Below are positions 13,101 through 24,175 of a stretch of 64,000 nt of DNA, piece after piece. The translations under genes and the position numbers were made by a program. This DNA is from Nemertoderma westbladi (taxonomy: Eukaryota > Animalia > Xenacoelomorpha): contig JAUCBJ010001263.1 in the NCBI GenBank assembly GCA_032718475.1, forward strand, positions 1-64,000, written 5' to 3'. The stretch's first letter is position 1, and every line of letters begins with the position of its first letter. Below the pieces are notes generated by a model. The model saw nothing but the letters and a program-made list of their open reading frames with translations. It was not told the DNA's origin and ran no database searches.

Positions 13101-14227
13101 AAATGTGTAAGTTTATCAACTGGATATACAGTCACAAAGAAATTATGTAAGTTTATCAACTGGATATACAGTCACAGATAACAATTGTAAGTTTATCAAC
13201 TGGATATACAATCACAGATAAAATGTGTAAGTTTATCAACTGGACATACAGTCACAAAGAAATCATGTAAGTTTATCAACTGGATGGATATACAGTCATA
13301 GGTAAAAAGTGTAAGTTTATCAACTGGGTATACAGTCACAGATAACAATTGTAAGTTTATCAACTGGATATACAATCACAGATAAAATGTGTAAGTTTAT
13401 CAACAGGACATACAGTCACAAAGAAATCATGTAAGTTTATAAACTGGATGGATATACAGTCATAGGTAAAAAGTGTAAGTTTATCAACTGGGTATACAGT
13501 CACAGATAACAATTGTAAGTTTATCAACTGGATATACAGTCACAGATAAAAAGTGTAAGTTTATCAACTGGATATACAATCACAGATAAAATGTGTAAGT
13601 TTATCAACTGGATATACAGTCACAAAGAAATTATGTAAGTTTATCAACTGCATGGATATACAGTCATAGGTAAAAAGTGTAAGTTTATCAACTGGATATG
13701 CGGTCACGGATAAACAGTGTAAGTTTATCAACTGGATATACAATCACAGATAACATGTGTAGGTGTATCAACTGGACATACAGTCACAAAGAAATCATGT
13801 AAGTTTATCAACTGGATGGATATACAGTCATAGGTAAAAAGTGTAAGTTTATCAACTGGGTATACAGTCACAGATAACAATTGTAAGTTTATCAACTGGA
13901 TATACAGTCACAGATAAAAAGTGTAAGTTTATCAACTGGATATACAATCACAGATAAAATGTGTAAGTTTATCAACTGGATATACAGTCACAAAGAAATT
14001 ATGTAAGTTTATCAACTGCATGGATATACAGTCATAGGTAAAAAGTGTAAGTTTATCAACTGGGTATACAGTCACGGATAAACAGTGTAAGTTTATCAAC
14101 TGGATATACAATCACAGATAAAATGTGTAAGTTTATCAACTGGACATACAGTCACAAAGAAATCATGTAAGTTTATCAACCGGATATACAGTCATAGATA
14201 AATAGTGTAAGTTTATCAACTGGGTAT
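7107..14227 (+). repeat. 40-bp satellite array, roughly 175-180 units, intronic
   Basis: consensus gtaagtttatcaactggatatacagtcacagataaaaagt; near-invariant gtaagtttatcaactgg core with variant second half. Confidence 0.98.
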
Positions 14228-14392
14228 TTAATATACTGTACTAAGTATATATACATGCACTTCTACACGGGTGTAGGCCCCTATATACTAAAAATTTTGT
14301 ACAGCTTGGCCTTCATCATGATAATATTATTTACTTATTTATAATAAATATAATTTCTAATTTTACTATATTATTTACTTTTTATCTGTTAG

Positions 14393-14538
14393 GGTAAACC
14401 TGTGATTGGTCGAATGGAGAACCACCCAGGAACACCATATCCATACGACCAATCGGATTTCAAACCAGAAAAGATAAACAACCAATGGGATGCAAACTTC
14501 TGCTACCAGCTGTTTCGACAATTACAAGATTATAATAG
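14393..14538 (+). CDS. exon of C1orf87-like gene
   Basis: T-rich tract + ctgttag acceptor; GKPVIGRMENHPGTPYPYDQSDFKPEKINNQWDANFCYQLFRQLQDYNR; ag|gtaaac donor, phase 0 to phase 2, fits both neighbours. Confidence 0.75.
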
Positions 14539-15751
14539 GTAAACTGGTATCCTAGTTACAGTAATTCTTAAATTTAATTAGGAGCCCGCTTGACAGCGGG
14601 ATACTTACAGCGGGACAGCGGGAGTGGCGCTTTTGATGAAATTTTCCAAGTACATTGCTTTGGTGGTTCATAATCGCGTTACAAAATTTCAGATCGATTC
14701 TATGTGTGGTATTCGATATATTTAGTTTTTTGACATTATTTTGTCGCGAAATTAAAAGCAATGGTAAAATAACAGCTGGTGTTCATGATGAAATATGGCT
14801 TAATACGTTATACACATAGTCTTGGTAAAACGTGTTGGTTGCCAAGTTTTACTACTGTAGTAGGCTATAAGGAAAGGCAATGTTTACTCACACATAAGCT
14901 GTTGGTTTCTAATGTACAGTATTACCCCATAAGCTGATTGCTCTCCCAGTGCTTCCTAAGGGTATTTCTACAATAAGGTTACTCACTCTGCTATGTTAAG
15001 GGGTGGATCAGGAGAATGAATTTTAGTTACACAAAGCAGTGTGTTGTGTCCTATTGCAGTCGATACTCACTGTCGATTGCAAAATGTTTTATAGTTGACC
15101 TACAGTATAATACAGTAGTTGCATGTATTTAAGGAGCCCGCTCTGGCCTACCGCCTAAGGAGTACCTATATTACATATTCACATAGGATTCACTGGGAAG
15201 AGATATTCCGCTTGACAACGGGGTAATAATACCTAGAGAAGGAAACTAAATTTGTTATTTGGCTCTATTCGTTGTTATTTATCTGGTTGTGCATCATGGG
15301 CATTTTTTATAAATATTCGGTAATCGTATCTTATATCTTGTAAACGTGCTTGATAATGAAATTATTTGCTTCATATTATATTTTTGTTAGTGGTAGCTAA
15401 GTTGCATTTTTTATTATGTGGGGCGAGCCACAAAGTCCAGCTCGCCTCACTCCTTGCAGTTTAGACAATTGTTTAGTTTACTTACTGCTGACTGACATAC
15501 AGTAGTTCTTTGTAATAGTCTTGGCTAGGATTTTTCCCCCGGGATCCTTCCAGCCAGCTTGCTGGCTTTCTAGTTATATTTGGTGATTCGATCATGCACT
15601 AATGTTTATAAATAAAATATCACTTACCGGTAACTAACTAATAATAACATATTTTTTGGCCCTGGGTCTAACACAAAACCATATATTAGATCGGCGATAT
15701 TTTATGACATATTATATTAAATTATCTTAACATAAATCCTTAACATTTTAG

Positions 15752-15867
15752 ATTACAATTTAAAATAATGTACACAATGATGGCCGGTTTCGATAAAAAA
15801 CTCAAAGGTACGCTATCTCGTAAAAAAGCGATACTTGTGTTTTTGCAAAGTCGTCTGCCACTCGCAG
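15752..15867 (+). CDS. exon of C1orf87-like gene (EF-hand-like DUF5580 region)
   Basis: ttttag acceptor; LQFKIMYTMMAGFDKKLKGTLSRKKAILVFLQSRLPLA; cag|gtaagt donor, phase 1. Confidence 0.8.
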
Positions 15868-16134
15868 GTAAGTTGGCGGTAAAATTATGGTGAATAATAT
15901 ATTGGGTAGGTCTTAAATATTTTTGACACTTTAGTATGTACTGTAATAAATTATGTTTTCATAAGTTATTATTGTTTACAAATGCGCAACTGGAATCCGT
16001 GGGGATTTTCCTAAGAAGAATACGGAAATAGCGAACTGTAAGCATTTGAGTTCAATTTTTGGATTGCCACTTTTGTTTTTGTTACAATTATTTATGTACC
16101 AGCACAAATATTTAAATTTTCTTTTGTTTCGCAG

Positions 16135-16415
16135 GGCGATACATTGATTTGGTACTGGAGAGGTTTTCGGCCACACCAGCCGGTGATATGGTCTACTACG
16201 AAAAGATGCTGCACTTTCTGGACCGAGTCTACGATGTGGCGTCTCCGCGTAGAGACGGTGTCACCTTCGCAACAGAAGACCAATCAGAAACAAGGAATAT
16301 GTTGGACGCATCCACCAATCTCCCAGAAGTAAACAAAGTTGATACGCCCCCTACCGGCAAAAACTCAGATTGTTGCAGTGACTCGAAATCTGATAAACTT
16401 ATTGCAATTAAATAA
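16135..16415 (+). CDS. probable last exon of C1orf87-like gene
   Basis: cttttgtttcgcag acceptor; spliced FLQSRLPLAGRYIDLVLERFSATPAGDMVYYEKMLHFL aligns without gaps to recalled human C1orf87 FLKHEVPLQLPTVKILCQRFS..GSPEMVNYEKLLWFL. Confidence 0.78.
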
Positions 16416-16978
16416 TTTCACATGAACACAATTAGGACTTTGCGTAAATCGTGAAGGTAGCACTGAACGCATAATAATACTACTTTTGTATCATTTGGTG
16501 GCCACAAGAAATCATTCAAATAAATTTTGTCTTTATTTTATTTTTCGAATAACTTAATATTCATATTTTGTTAATATATTTTCAAAAGTACTGAATATTA
16601 TGAGTAAATCTGTTGGTTAATGTCTGGAATGTGTAGTTCTATCACCAATATATTTTTTTACCGCCATATCCCACACTTCTTCAGTTTTTTATTCCATCGT
16701 ATGACAAGTAGGGACACTAGGACAAGTCCTAGAGTCGAACACTGAAATTATTAATGTAAAAGAATTTCAGTTTCAGTTTTATTTTCCATCGCATCTAAAT
16801 TAATTTTCGGTAACAGCGTAAGTTTTACCATCAGAGAAATTCAGGTATGGATTTCAAAATTTCCGGATCAAGGATTTCCAAATAATTTCAGTTTTGGATT
16901 TCAGTTTCCGTTTAATTAATTTAGTTTCTGCGTTCATCACTAATCAGAATACTATTTAGTGCATGGAAAACAGATTAA

Positions 16979-17459
16979 CCCTATTACCACGGGGGTGTTT
17001 AGACCATTAGCAGCACTGGCGGGGGGTCGATTCGCCCCCCCCCCCCCCCACTGTATTTTTGTAATCATCCAATGAAATCCTATGAAATTTGGGCTGTAGG
17101 TGAAAATATTATCGAAGAACATTTTCAAATCCAAAAAAATTAAAATTTCATACTGAGGTGGGTGTAATAATTTTCATGAAAAATAGAAGTAGTCCCAGGA
17201 CAAAATATAAATTTTTTGTATATTCTAAAAACTAATAGTGTGGCATTGTTAGCTAGCGTTAGTAGGTTTTTCACTACGCTGAATCGAATGTGAAATTCGA
17301 ATCGACTTGAAAAGTAGAAATCTAATTGCAACGCCGTTTTTTGCAAAAGATGCGCCATTAAATTTGACTAATTCTCGCAATAAAATGGGCAGGTAAATAA
17401 TGTGGTTGCATAGATACAGCAATTAAAAACTAGCCCCCCCCCCCCCAGTGGTAATAGGG
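16979..17459. mobile_element. non-autonomous piggyBac-type MITE
   Basis: TTAA on both sides (16975-78, 17460-63); TIR ccctattaccac / gtggtaataggg. Confidence 0.88.
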
Positions 17460-17606
17460 TTAACGCATTTATACATCAAGGAAATAGAGCTAATTATTTT
17501 CATATAATACGTAAATTATACTTAAAGAGTTCTTTATCTGCAAACTATAGCCTACATAAGTTCTGAAGCTATGGTGTAACTCGTTGCTAATTTGACTTGA
17601 TTTTAG

Positions 17607-18096
17607 TTCGTTAAATACATCCGCCCACACCCCACATTGAGTTTAAAAAAGGCGATTCGTTAAATACATCCGCCCACACCCCACATTGCGTTTAAAAAAG
17701 GCGATTCGTTAAATACATCCGCCCACACCCCACATTGCGTTTAAAAAAGGCGATTCGTTAAATACATCCGCCCACACCCCACATTGCGTTTAAAAAAGGC
17801 GATTCGTTAAATACATCCGCCCACACCCCACATTGCGTTTAAAAAAGGCGATTCGTTAAATACATCCGCCCACACCCCACATTGCGTTTAAAAAAGGCGA
17901 TTCGTTAAATACATCCGCCCACACCCCACATTGCGTTTAAAAAAGGCGATTCGTTAAATACATCCGCCCACACCCCACATTGCGTTTAAAAAAGGCGATT
18001 CGTTAAATACATCCGCCCACACCCCACATTGCGTTTAAAAAAGGCGATTCGTTAAATACATCCGCCCACACCCCACATTGCGTTTAAAAAAGGCGA
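17607..18096. repeat. 49-bp minisatellite, 10 near-identical copies
   Basis: ttcgttaaatacatccgcccacaccccacattgcgtttaaaaaaggcga x10. Confidence 0.97.
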
Positions 18097-18557
18097 CTTT
18101 TTCCGCAATATATTCAGGTATAATAAATTAATACAAGGTTTATATGTTCCGGTACAGAAACACAAACAACATGATAAGGAATAGTGCGAAGTTTAAATTT
18201 CCCTCCACCTCAAAGCGATTAAATACCGGAAGCAGTGACTTTAAGTAAGCAACCCCTTAAACCACGAGTTAGGAGTAGCCCAGTCCCGACGTATAGCATA
18301 AATAATTTAATTGAATTCTAATTTTTTCCATTTGGGGAGCCAGGGGGGGGGGGGGGGGGGTTGTTTAAATTTTCGAATATAATTACATAGGTGGGGTACA
18401 TTGAGCCACTGCACTTTATATTTATATAGTAGGAGTTATATGTATGATGTGTTTGAATTCAACTCACAGATCTATGATCTATTATACATGATAAATTTTC
18501 AGGACAGGTTCACATGAACACAGGTAATCAGCGACTACCTAGACCTCTAGAGGGGGT

Positions 18558-19577
18558 TTACTGTTTAGTTAATAAAGCTACTGGTGTAGTGCCATCGTCT
18601 TTGAATGGATAATGTTTGTGCCCGATGTCCCTTACAACTAAACCAGCATCTCCTTTATCTAGAATCGGGATAACGAGCCGCTGGTTGCGATTGAGACCGA
18701 CTATCGTTGCCATATCGACGTCATCGATGCTGAAATCGAAGACATTCAGATTCTCCGCGATTCTTTCCGCTCGCACAGACTTGGGGAGGACAATGACCCC
18801 GCGCTGAACATGGAACCTTATAAGTACTTGGGCGACGGTTTTGCCTAACTTTCCGGCGATCTTCTCTAACTCCGGGTGGCTCAACAACGGTGTTAGTTGT
18901 TTGCTACAGATCTCGGCCCAGGGGTTGTCGGAGCTACCCAGCGGCGAGTACGCCTCTAGCGCAATACCTTGGGACTGGCAGAACGCGAGCAGGTCTGATT
19001 GGTTGAGGTAGGGATGGCATTCCACCTGCAAAGCGCTTGGGTGTATTCTACAATTATCTAAAAGACGCTTCATTTGTTGTAAATTGAAGTTACTAACTCC
19101 AATATGTTTACAAAGACCTTCATCGACTAACTCCTCCATGGCTTTGTAAGTGTCTAAGTAGTCGATATCGTCTCCTTCAATGAATCCTTCAGGGGTTCTA
19201 GGGAACATAGGTCCTCCTCCTTTAAACCCATGCGGCCAATGCATTAGATATAGATCGATGTAATCGCATTGTAGGTTGGAGAGGCTTTCTTTACAGTAAG
19301 TCTTTACGTCAGCGGGTTGATGATGACTGTTCCAGAGTTTAGTTGTTACGAACAACTGGTTCCGTGTGATCCCGACTTGGGTGTCCTTCAGTAGGTCCAC
19401 CAGGGCGTGGCCTATCTCCTTCTCGTTCCCGTACCCGTAGGCGGTGTCTATGTGGCGGTATCCAGCCGTCACAGCCGCCCGCACTGCCGTTCCCACATCA
19501 CCGGGCGAACTCTTCCATGTACCCAGTCCAACCAAGGGAATCGAAGCACCGGATCTGAGTTTCGTAGTGGTAGACAT
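18558..19577 (-). CDS. aldo-keto reductase family 1 (AKR1A/1B-like), intronless
   Basis: 339 aa; GLGTW, GYRHIDTAYGYGNE (Asp, Tyr), VTTKLW (Lys), LYLMHWP (His), IGVSNFN, QVECHPY, AYSPLGS, LPKS. Confidence 0.96.
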   Translation of the reverse strand: MSTTTKLRSGASIPLVGLGTWKSSPGDVGTAVRAAVTAGYRHIDTAYGYGNEKEIGHALVDLLKDTQVGITRNQLFVTTKLWNSHHQPADVKTYCKESLSNLQCDYIDLYLMHWPHGFKGGGPMFPRTPEGFIEGDDIDYLDTYKAMEELVDEGLCKHIGVSNFNLQQMKRLLDNCRIHPSALQVECHPYLNQSDLLAFCQSQGIALEAYSPLGSSDNPWAEICSKQLTPLLSHPELEKIAGKLGKTVAQVLIRFHVQRGVIVLPKSVRAERIAENLNVFDFSIDDVDMATIVGLNRNQRLVIPILDKGDAGLVVRDIGHKHYPFKDDGTTPVALLTKQ

Positions 19578-20671
19578 CTAATACTTATTTATTAAATGTG
19601 TTTACTGCTGTACCGGCAAACCGGTACTGTTTGTAAGTTCTGAAGTTCGGCGAACAAAGCTGCTGATATGATACTGTGATCAGGTGATATGCAGATATGT
19701 CAGAATCTAAATTAAAGTTCTGAAGTGTATGGTCTACCAATCTGTCTACAGTACATTCGACTTATTCAACATATTCGACTTGGCGGTTGGGACCCCGATT
19801 TTACGAAAATCCATTTATCTCGGCTTCCCCTGGTTCTTTTCGAAAATTTAAAAAATTGGCAAGCTCCTCTCGTTGTTTCCCATCGATTGGCACCGTTAAT
19901 TTCGAGATTCCATTAATTAATTCGCTCTTAATTAGCGCTAATTGCTAATTACTGCATTTTTAACGACTCTTAAATTTTCCTCTATATCTCTAGTACTTCA
20001 TAATTTACGATCCCGGGACCGCTTCCGTTGGATAGAGCTCGAGCCTCCCGACCATATCTCTTGTACATGTTTTAACTTTAAACCGTTTCTTCCCGTAGTA
20101 ATAGGCGAAAATAATATCGTCCAATCGGAAAGCTTCGTTGGCCCCGTAGACCCCCTAGAATTATTTTTTTTCAAAATTTTATCGGGTCCGTCTCGCATAA
20201 TTCGGGGGTGAGGAACATTTTCTACTTTCAAACTTTTCTCAAATTCCCACTACTTCCGGTCGTATTTCGCCAAACATCGCGGTCGATCAGCTACCGATCG
20301 GCCCCTATCGGTCGCTTCGTTCCAAAAATAGAATGAGCCGGACCCGTTATTCTTCTATCTTATTGATGTTTGTAGGTACCGTTAGAAAGCTGGCCGTCGT
20401 GCAGGATTCCAAATAAGTAAAAACATTTGAATTTGGTTGGGAAACAGCTGAGATTGATAGTTTAGATTGCACTGCGCGAGGCTATTTCATATTTAATAAA
20501 TGCATCATATTCTGTTCTCATATGAATAGCCACGTAATAGTATGATTAAAAGAGGTAGCAGTGTTAGCAGTATTAGCGTCGCACAGTGCAAAATAAATCT
20601 GAATTTCGATGAAAAATAGCGGAGATAGGAGCTTTTGAAAGTTGCATTGTTTTGTTTTTATTCATTTAATA

Positions 20672-20935
20672 TGTCGCAGTGTCCGAGTGGATACGGCGCC
20701 TGAACTGCTTACACAATAGTGTTTGGTGGTGCAGATTCGAATCCGACTAAAGGATGTAGAAATTTCGCATTGTTGTGTCCCTAGGCAAGACACTTTAGAC
20801 ATTAGTGCCTACGTCAACCCAGCGGTATAATGGGAACCTAGCTTTGCTGGGGTAATGATAATAAAAGCGCTTTGAGTATGCTGAGCGTAGAAAAGCGCTA
20901 TATAAATAACCAATATTATTATTATTATTATTATT
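20672..20935 (+). mobile_element. tRNA-derived CORE-type SINE with L2-like tail
   Basis: tRNA-like head with A box (gtgtccgagtgg) and B box (gattcgaatcc), CORE-like gtgtccctaggcaagacactt...cccagcggtataatggg, tail aaagcgctttgag...aaaagcgctatataaat and (tat)n end. Confidence 0.88.
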
Positions 20936-21864
20936 ATAAATGCATCATATTCTGGAACTTTTGTTTATCCAATACGTAGCTGGGCAACAATGCATTACAT
21001 CTTTAATCATTATATTACGTAGCTATTCGTACATTAACAAAATACTCCAGAATATTACCATCATTCTGGACGTGGACATATATTTATTAAATATAATAAA
21101 ATATCCTCGCGCAATCAAAACCATGAAAACAGCCAGCTTTCTAACAGTACCTACAAATCACTATAAGGTTGAACAATAACTGCGGTGGGACTGGTGTAAT
21201 ATCACCGCAGACACTTTTTAAAACGCTTGTAGTTAAAGATTTAAAGCAAAAATAAAAATTCTGGCTCACCCAGTAAGTGGTCGGGAAGTGAAACTCTAAA
21301 TTTCATTCAATCTCATAAGAAATGTAGAAAAATTGGGGGGGGGGGGGGGGGGGGGGGGGGATCGACGACTAAATTCGCCGAAATGGGATTTATTATGGGA
21401 AAAAATTATAAAAATATATCAAAAACCTTTTGAAAATACGGTGGACGTTTCGGGTATATCTCCATACAAGCTCCCAAGTTACTGGTATCCATACACAGGC
21501 AAGGTATTCCAGTAAGACGGCTTGTCGGAAAATTAAACAGTTTAATACTTCTACCTGACATACTGACCTAGTGGCAAGAGTGAGGGCTCAACGCCTGGCT
21601 AATACCTTACCAATAAACAGACCAAAATCAGAGTGAAAGTGCTGAGAAGTGACTGAACATAGGCCTAGACCACGTCAACATGGATTTAAACCACACCAAA
21701 TTATGAGACGGTGGGGGGAACTGGACACACAACCCACATCTCGGCGAATTAATATATCGTCTTAATAATGCTAAATCAATTTAGGGAAAGGAGCAGGTTA
21801 CAGTTTTATTTTTTGAGAGTAATCAGCTGTAATCAGCAGAGGGATGAATTATTATTGAGTTGAA

Positions 21865-21897
<33 letters not shown>

Positions 21898-22433
21898 TAT
21901 CAGCAATTCACCAGTATTACAAATTGATAGAACGTACATTATTAAAGTTGAACAATGTATTATAAGTTCCATTAGTATAGAAGAATGAAGATTTCTTTTT
22001 ATGTTTCTTTTTTTACGAAACTTTTAATTCAATATGAATTTGACTACTTATTTTATAAAAAAAACTCATACGTCCCAGACAGCATAGTTTAAATAAATAT
22101 GTAAAGTAACGATATGTAACGAAACATCGGCGGCAACCCAATGGCTTCTCTCTCTTGGCTGTTACCTGTCTGTAAGGCAGGGAGGGCGCCAGTTAACTAG
22201 TTCCACACTAAATCCCAAACTAGAATACTCTCATTATCAAACCCTTTCCTTGGTTTAAATAGAGTAAAATAGAGAAACAATTTTTAATGAGCTAAATTGA
22301 TGGATCCTTTACTTTATATTTCAACTATAACCATTTGATAAAACTATGTTGAATTATTAAATATAATAGTAATAAAAACTACTAATATTCACAAAAACTA
22401 ATTCGCACGTCATAAAAACAGTCGTAAAATTAA

Positions 22434-22600
22434 CTATATTGGCAGATTGAATGTAACTCCAATGTCTGCTTTTTGTGCCTGGGAGTAAATGGTTGAGACT
22501 TTGACGGCCATCTTGGCAGCATCATCTAGATTGTCGAACGACAGTATGTGTAAATGGGATGCCTGCGACATGAGTTCTTTAGCTTCATCTACCTGGGATC
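22434..22600 (-). CDS. SUCLA2: succinate-CoA ligase ADP-forming beta subunit, last exon
   Basis: ttccttag acceptor; GSQVDEAKELMSQASHLHILSFDNLDDAAKMAVKVSTIYSQAQKADIGVTFNLPI-stop matches the SUCLA2 C-terminus (GTRVDDAKALI..DDLDEAARMVVKLSEI...VKFQLPI). Confidence 0.9.
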
Positions 22601-22789
22601 CTAAGGAATAATCAATCAATTAAATAAACAAGCTGCAAACCAAGCATCACTCTACAGACACACATACAAGGCATTTACATTTGCGTAACATCTTCTAGGG
22701 TAGGTTTTATGTTTCAGGTTTTATTGATGCCAAATTACGCTTTATGTAGGCATAGACGATAATTATCACTATGCATGGGTGTAAACGTT

Positions 22790-23540
22790 AAGCAGACAGT
22801 GGTGCAGACACTGGTGCAGAGAGTGATGCAAACAGTGGTGCAGACACCTGGTGCAGACAGTGGTGGTGCAGACACTGGTGAAGACAGTGGTGCAGACAGT
22901 GGTGCTGACAGTTGTGCAGTCAATGTTGCAGACAATGGTGCAGACAATGGTGCAGACAATGGTGCAGACACTGGTACAGACAATGGTGCAGACAATGGTG
23001 CAGACACTGGTACAGACAGTGGTGCAGACAGTGGTGCAGACACTGGTTCCAGACAGTGGTGCAGACAGTGGTGCAGACACTGGTTCCAGACAGTGGTGCA
23101 GACACTGGTTCCAGACAGTGGTGCAGACAGTGGTGCAGACACTGGTGCAGACAGTGGTGCAGACAGTGCTGCAGACACTGGTTCCAGACAGTGGTGCAGA
23201 TACTGGTGCAGACACCTGGTGCAGACACTGGTGCAGACTGTGGTGCAGACTGTGGTGCAGACAGTGGTGCAGAAACTGGTGCAGAAACTGGTGCAGACAC
23301 TGGTGCAGAAACCTGGTGTAGACACTGGTGCAGACACTGGTGCAGACACTGGTGCAGACTGTGGTGCAGACAGTGTTGCAGACACTGGTGCAGACTGTGG
23401 TGCAGACTGTGGTGCAGACAGTGGTGCAGAAACTGGTGCAGAAACTGGTGCAGACACTGGTGCAGAAACCTGGTGTAGACATTGGTGCAGACACCTGGTG
23501 CAGACACTGGTGCAAACTGTGGTGCAGACAGTGGTGCATA
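22790..23540. repeat. 12-bp minisatellite in SUCLA2 intron
   Basis: tandem ggtgcagacagt / ggtgcagacact variants over ~750 bp. Confidence 0.95.
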
Positions 23541-24175
23541 GAACAAAGAGTATTTTCAAACCAGACATGGTACATTGTAATCATATCGCACAACGGTGCA
23601 TCGTCGCATGTTCGAGTGTGAGTTAACAGTCACACGTTATTCTAACCAAAACAATAAACGAAACTCAATAGAACAGGTTCCAGTTTTATTTTTGGGTGTA
23701 ATCAGCTGTTATTTGCGTCTGATTTGTATTGCGTCGAAGCCCCCCCCCCCCCCCCCCATCTGATAGAATAAGTTCAATATATAACGAATTTAAATTGCAT
23801 TTAATTATGTAATATAATTTGACCAGTACAAGGGCGCGGATAATACATGTTTATATAACACATGTACGTACATATGTATTACACACAGTAGGCAGTAAGT
23901 TTAATATAACGAATTTAAATTGCATTTAATTACCGGTATGTAACATAATTTCACACGAGTCCAAAGGCTCGTATACGGTCAATTTGATTCGAATCTAAAT
24001 TGCGGAACAATACATTGTCTATATACACATCATTCAGTGAAAAATTTGTTGTTTGTTGCATGACAACCGATCCCTTGCTATTGCAACTTTAATGGACTGA
24101 TTAGGACCACTAGCGGGCATATGTGACCTCGGACACCATGTTCTTAAAATTATATCACCCGGAGAAGGAACTATC

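Noticed and set aside
7107-14227. CRISPR-like array (constant 17-bp core with variable interspersed sequence)
   Set aside because: Variable parts are point variants of one sequence, not unique spacers; no cas genes; eukaryotic intron
15976-16037. Possible extra exon in the C1orf87-like gene (gtaagc donor at ~16038)
   Set aside because: No AG acceptor (ttacaa), and direct joining of 15867 to 16135 gives an ungapped match to the family
17607-18096. CRISPR or small RNA gene array
   Set aside because: Identical head-to-tail units with no spacers and no recognisable RNA gene motifs
20672-20755. Functional tRNA gene
   Set aside because: Acceptor and anticodon stems are degenerate and it continues into CORE domain and LINE-like tail, so it is a SINE head
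22735-23626. Overlapping long ORFs (SAPV/CTTV/HHCL repeats; antifreeze- or mucin-like)
   Set aside because: Artefact of a stop-free 12-bp minisatellite open in nearly all frames inside an intron
18343-23757. Long poly-G/poly-C runs (18343, 21335, 21868, 23740) as regulatory G-quadruplexes
   Set aside because: Similar runs occur within MITEs elsewhere in the window and homopolymer lengths are error-prone; no functional evidence
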